The notes under the pieces are model-generated. The model was given only the letters and a program-made list of their open reading frames with translations, had not been told where the DNA came from and did not search any database. Of a stretch of 64,000 nucleotides of DNA, positions 59,562 to 64,000 are shown in pieces. Positions within the stretch are counted from its first letter, which is position 1. Each line of letters opens with the position of its first letter. The position numbers and the translations under genes were made by a program. The DNA is from Stappiaceae bacterium (GTDB lineage Bacteria > Pseudomonadota > Alphaproteobacteria > Rhizobiales > Stappiaceae): NCBI GenBank assembly GCA_965275915.1, contig CBDHYI010000006.1, positions 491,176 to 555,175 on the forward strand. Direction: 5' to 3'.

Positions 59562-61007
59562 TTATGCTGATTTGGTGCCCGTGCGTCCGACTTTCGGGCG
59601 TTGACCGCCATTTTGCTTGTTCAGGGCGGCCTGGCGGGAGCGTCGCATCAAATCGGCGTCTTTTTCACCGTAAAAGATTTCCACATAGTCGATGCCGACA
59701 TTGACCGCCAACAGCACGGCATCTCTTTTTTTGCCCCTTGCCCGGCCAAGATCGGAAATCAGTGTCCGACAGACAATATCGAGGGTCTGGTCAACTATCT
59801 GGCTTGTCTGAGTAATAATTTCGTTGACGGCCATAAATTCGGCAGCCTTGCGGACGATGCCCAGTATCTTTAACGCACGTTTGGCGTCATCGATGTCATG
59901 CTGATCGAGTTCCAGCACACCTGCGGAATTGACTCGAGGTTCCCGAAGGGTTCTTCGAACAAGGCCCGGGGTTGCCTTGATATCGCGCGTCACGACAACG
60001 GAAATGTCCTTGCGGATGGTTGCGGCCTGTTTGCGCCAGTTCGGCGCATGATCCAGCTCGATTTCAAGGCTGAGGCCACGCATCAGGTCGTGGTAGTTGC
60101 CAAGGCTGGTTTCCAGCAAATCGGCCGGCAGATCGGGATCGGGCGGTTGCCGGCACGCCATTTTCGTGCGCACAAGATTACGATCCGCTTCTGAAAGCAC
60201 CATATCGACAAAAGGTGCAAAGGGAGAGTCTTCTATATCTCCCGCGCTCTCGCTCTCCGCCAATTTGGCGGCGAAAGCCAACAGCGTGTTGGGATGATCG
60301 ACCTGCGCAAGAGCTGCCGCAGCGACCCAGACAACCAGATCCGGGTGATTGTCTGCAAATTCAAACACCGAATCCGCGATTGCATCTTCACTGATCAAAT
60401 TACCCCGCCCGATGCCTTCACTGAAAGACCAGGTCACGGGCTCGATCAGATGGCGATGGGTCTGGTAGGTGATCATATCCCGAATGTCGGCAATGATGTG
60501 ATCTCCGCCCAGATGCATTGCCAGACGTCGGCGAAAGTCGGCATTGCACGTTGCCAGATCAAGTTTATCCTCAATGCGGCTTTTGATTTGATTTCTGAAT
60601 TTGTCGACGAGCTTCGTGAATTCTTCTTCGCTCAGTTCGCGCGACGCGATTTTGGCTCCCACCGCAGCGGCCTGTTCCGGAGCGATGTCCCGTTTGATCC
60701 AGGTCCAGATATTGTTGAGGGACGATCGCTCGATCCGCGCGGTCTGACGCCTGGGCAGGCGTTCATCGATCAAAAATGGGTCCAGCAACGCGAAATACTC
60801 ACGCTGGAATGTATTGAGCCGAATTTTGGGTTCGACCGGCACATCCGGTTTGATCCTGGCCGCGTCAAGAATCAGCGCCATCTTCTCGTCCAACGAGCCT
60901 TCGCTGCGGGCGACCTCCAACCCCCGGAGCAGCATATCCCGCGCTTTTGGCGTCAATCCTTCCAGATAAGAGCGAACTTTACCTTGTACAGAACCGCTTT
61001 TTTCCAT
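59562..61007 (-). CDS. Hypothetical cytoplasmic protein (481 aa), no recognisable domain
   Basis: A long uninterrupted ORF whose composition matches its neighbours. It has no signal peptide or TM segment, and its basic C-terminal tail reads NKQNGGQRPKVGRTGTKSA. The antisense ORF 60294-61142 is judged spurious. Confidence 0.6.
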   Translation of the reverse strand: MEKSGSVQGKVRSYLEGLTPKARDMLLRGLEVARSEGSLDEKMALILDAARIKPDVPVEPKIRLNTFQREYFALLDPFLIDERLPRRQTARIERSSLNNIWTWIKRDIAPEQAAAVGAKIASRELSEEEFTKLVDKFRNQIKSRIEDKLDLATCNADFRRRLAMHLGGDHIIADIRDMITYQTHRHLIEPVTWSFSEGIGRGNLISEDAIADSVFEFADNHPDLVVWVAAAALAQVDHPNTLLAFAAKLAESESAGDIEDSPFAPFVDMVLSEADRNLVRTKMACRQPPDPDLPADLLETSLGNYHDLMRGLSLEIELDHAPNWRKQAATIRKDISVVVTRDIKATPGLVRRTLREPRVNSAGVLELDQHDIDDAKRALKILGIVRKAAEFMAVNEIITQTSQIVDQTLDIVCRTLISDLGRARGKKRDAVLLAVNVGIDYVEIFYGEKDADLMRRSRQAALNKQNGGQRPKVGRTGTKSA

Positions 61008-61173
61008 TTCGGTAATTACCGATCAGCCCATGTCGCATTGATTCAATCCATAGTAAGATCGACCAAAACAATTAACCGAATATTTCCAAGTGGCAATTTC
61101 GCGTTGCAAAATTCGGATTTAGCAGCCGGATCCCCTACGTAATCTCAACAACCTTAAGGTGAATGCGCTGTAT

Positions 61174-61614
61174 TCAGATCAAGGAATGCCAGCTGCCGTC
61201 AGCTTTCATACAGGCCACACCCCGCAGTGACTCGGTTTTGCCCCCAACTACAATGGTGTGCGTATAGTCTCGGCATCTGGCTTCATTGATTGAATAGCGC
61301 GGTCCGGGAAGGACTTCGCCACTATTTTCAGTGCGGGCATTTTTCCAGGGAACGGCAACACTCGGACCGGTCTGCTCTAAAGCCGCAAACTGTGCCTTAT
61401 AAGCAGCGTTCTGATCCCGAATATCCATGTTTTTGCCGACGGAACTGTCCAGAAGCGGTGCCAGCAGGCCGGTTCTCCGCGTCTCCGGAACAGCCTCTTC
61501 CTGGGGAAGCAGACTGCTGAAAAAATTGCCTTCGCTTGTCAGCGAAGACTCGGCAGTACATCCGGTAAGAAAGAATGCGATCAGAATCGGAACTGTCCGC
61601 CGGGGATGACGCAT
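61174..61614 (-). CDS. Lipoprotein with a C-terminal surface-antigen-like (COG4520-type) motif
   Basis: Lipobox FFLTGC is present. The C-terminal RCRDYTHTIVVGG...GVACMKADGSWHSL resembles the small conserved surface-antigen domain. Confidence 0.65.
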   Translation of the reverse strand: MRHPRRTVPILIAFFLTGCTAESSLTSEGNFFSSLLPQEEAVPETRRTGLLAPLLDSSVGKNMDIRDQNAAYKAQFAALEQTGPSVAVPWKNARTENSGEVLPGPRYSINEARCRDYTHTIVVGGKTESLRGVACMKADGSWHSLI

Positions 61615-61784
61615 GCGCGGGAAATCTCGCTCTGGTTCGGCTCGGGGGTCAAACCCTAGGCTGTGTTGAGGTTCAGATCAGCGCAATCAAACAAATTTCC
61701 AACGCATTGCGGCCAATCACGGCTCGGCTCGCACGAATATATGTCCTAAGTGAGTCGAATGCACCCGGAATGCACAGAAATTTT

Positions 61785-63143
61785 TCAAATTGCCGGAAGG
61801 ATGACAACTGCCTGCAATCCGCCTAAAGAAGATGGTCGCAGGTCGAATGTTCCGCCATAGAGAGCGGATAAATCGGCGACGATGGAAAGCCCCAGACCGG
61901 ATCCGGGCACGGTTTCGTCCAGACGCTTACCGCGCTTCCTTGCTTCCAGCATCTGCTGTTTGGTCAGTCCCGGGCCGTCATCGTCGATCGTGAATATGAG
62001 ATTTGCTTTTCCCGCATCCCGGTCGCGGTCGGATACGACAGTAATACGGACTTCCGACCGGGCCCATTTGCCGGCATTGTCCAGAAGATTCCCGAGAATC
62101 TCCTCAAGATCCTGCTGTTCGCCCCGAAATCGGTCTTCGGTATTGGTCCGGGCGGTAAATTTGCAGGGTTCGTGAATGCGCGTCATCGCCCGAACGAGCC
62201 GTGCGATGACCGGTTCGACGTCGGTCGAAATGCCGATGACCCGCCGCTGTGCCGCCATGCGCGCCCGTTCCAGATGATGATTGATCTGGTCACTCATGAG
62301 GGCTGCCTGTTCACCGACCTTGCTGCCAAAGGCCGAGTTTTGAATGGAGGCTTCATTCGTGATGACACTGAGCGGCGTTTTGAGAGCGTGGGCAAGATTG
62401 CCGACATGGGTTCGGGATCGTTCAACAATCTCGCGATTTGAGACAATCAGCGCATTGAGTTCCGAAGCCAGCGGTGCGATTTCCGTCGGCAGATCCTCGT
62501 CAATCTTCTGTTCATCCCCGCGCCTGACCGCAGCCAGGGACGCGCTCAGCCTTTTCAGCGGCCGCAGGCCGATGCGCACTTGAAGGAAAATGGTGCCGAC
62601 CAGTCCCGCGCCAAGAACAATCAGCGTGAGGGCGACCTGCCATGCAAATTGCCAGACTTCGCGGCGGAGACCGTCGGTCCGTCCGGCTATTGCTATGATG
62701 TAATCATGGTCATGGCCGAAATTAATGCGCTCCTGAAGGATTCGGACCTCCTCGCCGGCGGGTCCGACCCCGTAGTCCCGGAGTTGGCCGATATCCTTGC
62801 CGATATTATTGACGACCAGAGAATCGCCAAGAAGCGATAACGAGGAAAAGGTGACCATTGTGTCCCCTTCCTTGCGCACAGTCCAATACCATCCTGAAAG
62901 AGGCAATTCGAAACTGGGTTCTCCGAGCCGTTCCGGCTCCCTGGGGATGATGTCGCCGTCGGCCATCGCTGCGATCAGCGCCTTCATGTAAACGTCGATT
63001 CTACGGTCGAAAGACCGTTCGCTGGCGGCCCAGTAAACGGTGACGATGAAGATGCCCGCAACGACCACCGAAACCACCAGCCATATGCTGGCAAGCGTAA
63101 TGAGACGGACGGCAAGAGAGTTGCGGGCGAAGGCAGGTTTCAT
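61785..63143 (-). CDS. Sensor histidine kinase (2 TM, HAMP, HisKA, HATPase), FeuQ/PhoQ-like
   Basis: The start overlaps the regulator stop (ATGA at 63140-63143). H-box HALKTPLSVI and G-box GSGLGLSIV are present. Confidence 0.9.
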   Translation of the reverse strand: MKPAFARNSLAVRLITLASIWLVVSVVVAGIFIVTVYWAASERSFDRRIDVYMKALIAAMADGDIIPREPERLGEPSFELPLSGWYWTVRKEGDTMVTFSSLSLLGDSLVVNNIGKDIGQLRDYGVGPAGEEVRILQERINFGHDHDYIIAIAGRTDGLRREVWQFAWQVALTLIVLGAGLVGTIFLQVRIGLRPLKRLSASLAAVRRGDEQKIDEDLPTEIAPLASELNALIVSNREIVERSRTHVGNLAHALKTPLSVITNEASIQNSAFGSKVGEQAALMSDQINHHLERARMAAQRRVIGISTDVEPVIARLVRAMTRIHEPCKFTARTNTEDRFRGEQQDLEEILGNLLDNAGKWARSEVRITVVSDRDRDAGKANLIFTIDDDGPGLTKQQMLEARKRGKRLDETVPGSGLGLSIVADLSALYGGTFDLRPSSLGGLQAVVILPAI

Positions 63144-63808
63144 GCGGTATCAGGCTCATGCAGCCGGTAGCCGAGGCCGCGAACCGTTTCTATCAGATCG
63201 ACACCCAGTTTCTTTCTCACGCGACCGACGAAAACTTCGATCGTGTTGGAATCACGGTCAAAATCCTGATCGTACAGATGTTCGACCAATTCCGTTCGCG
63301 TGATGACCCGGTCCTGATGATGCATCATGTAGGCAATGAGGCGATATTCATGCGAGGTCAGTTTGACGGGTGTTCCGTCCAGTGTCACGCGCCCCGCCCT
63401 GACATCAAGGCGCAGGGGGCCGCAGACGATTTCGTTCGACGCCAGACCGCTGGCACGCCGAACCAGAGCCCGCACACGCGCCAGAATCTCTTCCATATGA
63501 AAGGGCTTGGCGACATAGTCATCCGCACCGGCATCGATACCGGCCACTTTGTCGGACCAGCGGTCGCGGGCCGTCAGAATCAGCACCGGCATGTCCCGTC
63601 CGTCCCGGCGCCAGTTTTCAAGGACGCTCAAGCCATCGATTTTCGGCAGGCCCAAATCCAGGATAACGGCGTCATAAGGCTCCGTATCGCCCAGAAAATG
63701 CCCCTCTTCTCCATCGGGAGCGCTGTCGACGACATAACCGGCATCAACCAGCGCATCGACAATCTGCCTGTTCAGATCAGGATCATCCTCAACGACTAGA
63801 ATACGCAC
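63140..63808 (-). CDS. OmpR/PhoB-family response regulator, FeuP/PhoP-like
   Basis: 222 aa (MRILVVEDDPDLNRQ...). The receiver is followed by a winged-helix output domain (LTSHEYRLIAYMMHHQDRVITR). Confidence 0.9.
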   Translation of the reverse strand: MRILVVEDDPDLNRQIVDALVDAGYVVDSAPDGEEGHFLGDTEPYDAVILDLGLPKIDGLSVLENWRRDGRDMPVLILTARDRWSDKVAGIDAGADDYVAKPFHMEEILARVRALVRRASGLASNEIVCGPLRLDVRAGRVTLDGTPVKLTSHEYRLIAYMMHHQDRVITRTELVEHLYDQDFDRDSNTIEVFVGRVRKKLGVDLIETVRGLGYRLHEPDTA

Positions 63809-63870
63809 GAAAACCTCGCTATCTAACTGAAAATATGAGAAATATTCAAGGTTCGGATCCGACCGGGCAT

Positions 63871-64000
63871 CTATCGGGCATTGACTTGAACTTTGCTGAC
63901 CTTGCCGCCGCTGCGAACCGTCAGCTGGTAGTAATAGCGCCCCCCGCTTTCGCAGAGCTTGGCGGCCAGGATCTCTCCATTGACACGGGCCCGCACCGCC
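63871..64000 (-). CDS. 3' end of a small PepSY-like exported protein gene (5' part outside the window)
   Basis: The minus-strand translation ...AVRARVNGEILAAKLCESGGRYYYQLTVRSGGKVSKVQVNAR ends at TAG (complement of 63871-63873). It lies 62 bp upstream of the response regulator. The ORF is too short for the supplied ORF track. Confidence 0.45.
   Translation of the reverse strand, partial: AVRARVNGEILAAKLCESGGRYYYQLTVRSGGKVSKVQVNAR

Overview
This 64 kb window looks like a chromosomal segment from a moderately GC-rich alphaproteobacterium. Gene content and order resemble Hyphomicrobiales/Rhizobiales: a fused trpE(G) behind a Trp-codon leader, cycH-ccmE-ccmF-ccmH, degP, glnE and a pleC-like kinase. 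I count about 50 protein-coding genes, densely packed, with many translationally coupled starts.

Left to right:
- the 3' end of an inositol-catabolism gene
- an M20 peptidase plus a family-5 (Dpp/Opp-type) ABC importer
- a ROK sugar kinase, a decayed LysR relic and argE
- the trpL leader/attenuator and trpE(G)
- an SDR dehydrogenase
- a minus-strand block encoding a membrane class III nucleotide cyclase, an MBL-fold hydrolase, a stand-alone cNMP-binding protein and an atypical 859-aa ABC exporter
- a divergent five-gene glycosyltransferase/deacetylase operon, with a convergent methyltransferase
- a 263-bp MITE-like element
- a second family-5 ABC importer
- a sensor-domain/HAMP cyclase, gcdH, pepN and a PleC-like histidine kinase
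- a convergent intergenic region holding a candidate sRNA with anti-Shine-Dalgarno motifs
- a three-gene operon for exported proteins (His-rich TlpA-like thioredoxin, OmpA-like/CxxC protein, TAXI-like protein with a peptidoglycan-binding domain)
- a low-GC patch with orphan small ORFs
- glnE, a two-component pair and degP
- an alpha/beta-hydrolase-OsmC fusion
- ccmH/F/E/I, a 481-aa unknown and a lipoprotein
- a second OmpR-type two-component pair preceded by a truncated PepSY-like gene

I found no rRNA, tRNA, CRISPR array, integrase/transposase gene or recognisable defence system.

The most unusual loci are (1) the cNMP module, degenerate ABC exporter and glycosyltransferase operon at 13.8-25.8 kb, and (2) the exported His-rich thioredoxin / OmpA-like / TAXI-PG-binding operon with the adjacent sRNA candidate at 41.2-46.4 kb.

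All functional calls come from reading motifs in the supplied translations and from memory of protein families. No database search was run.
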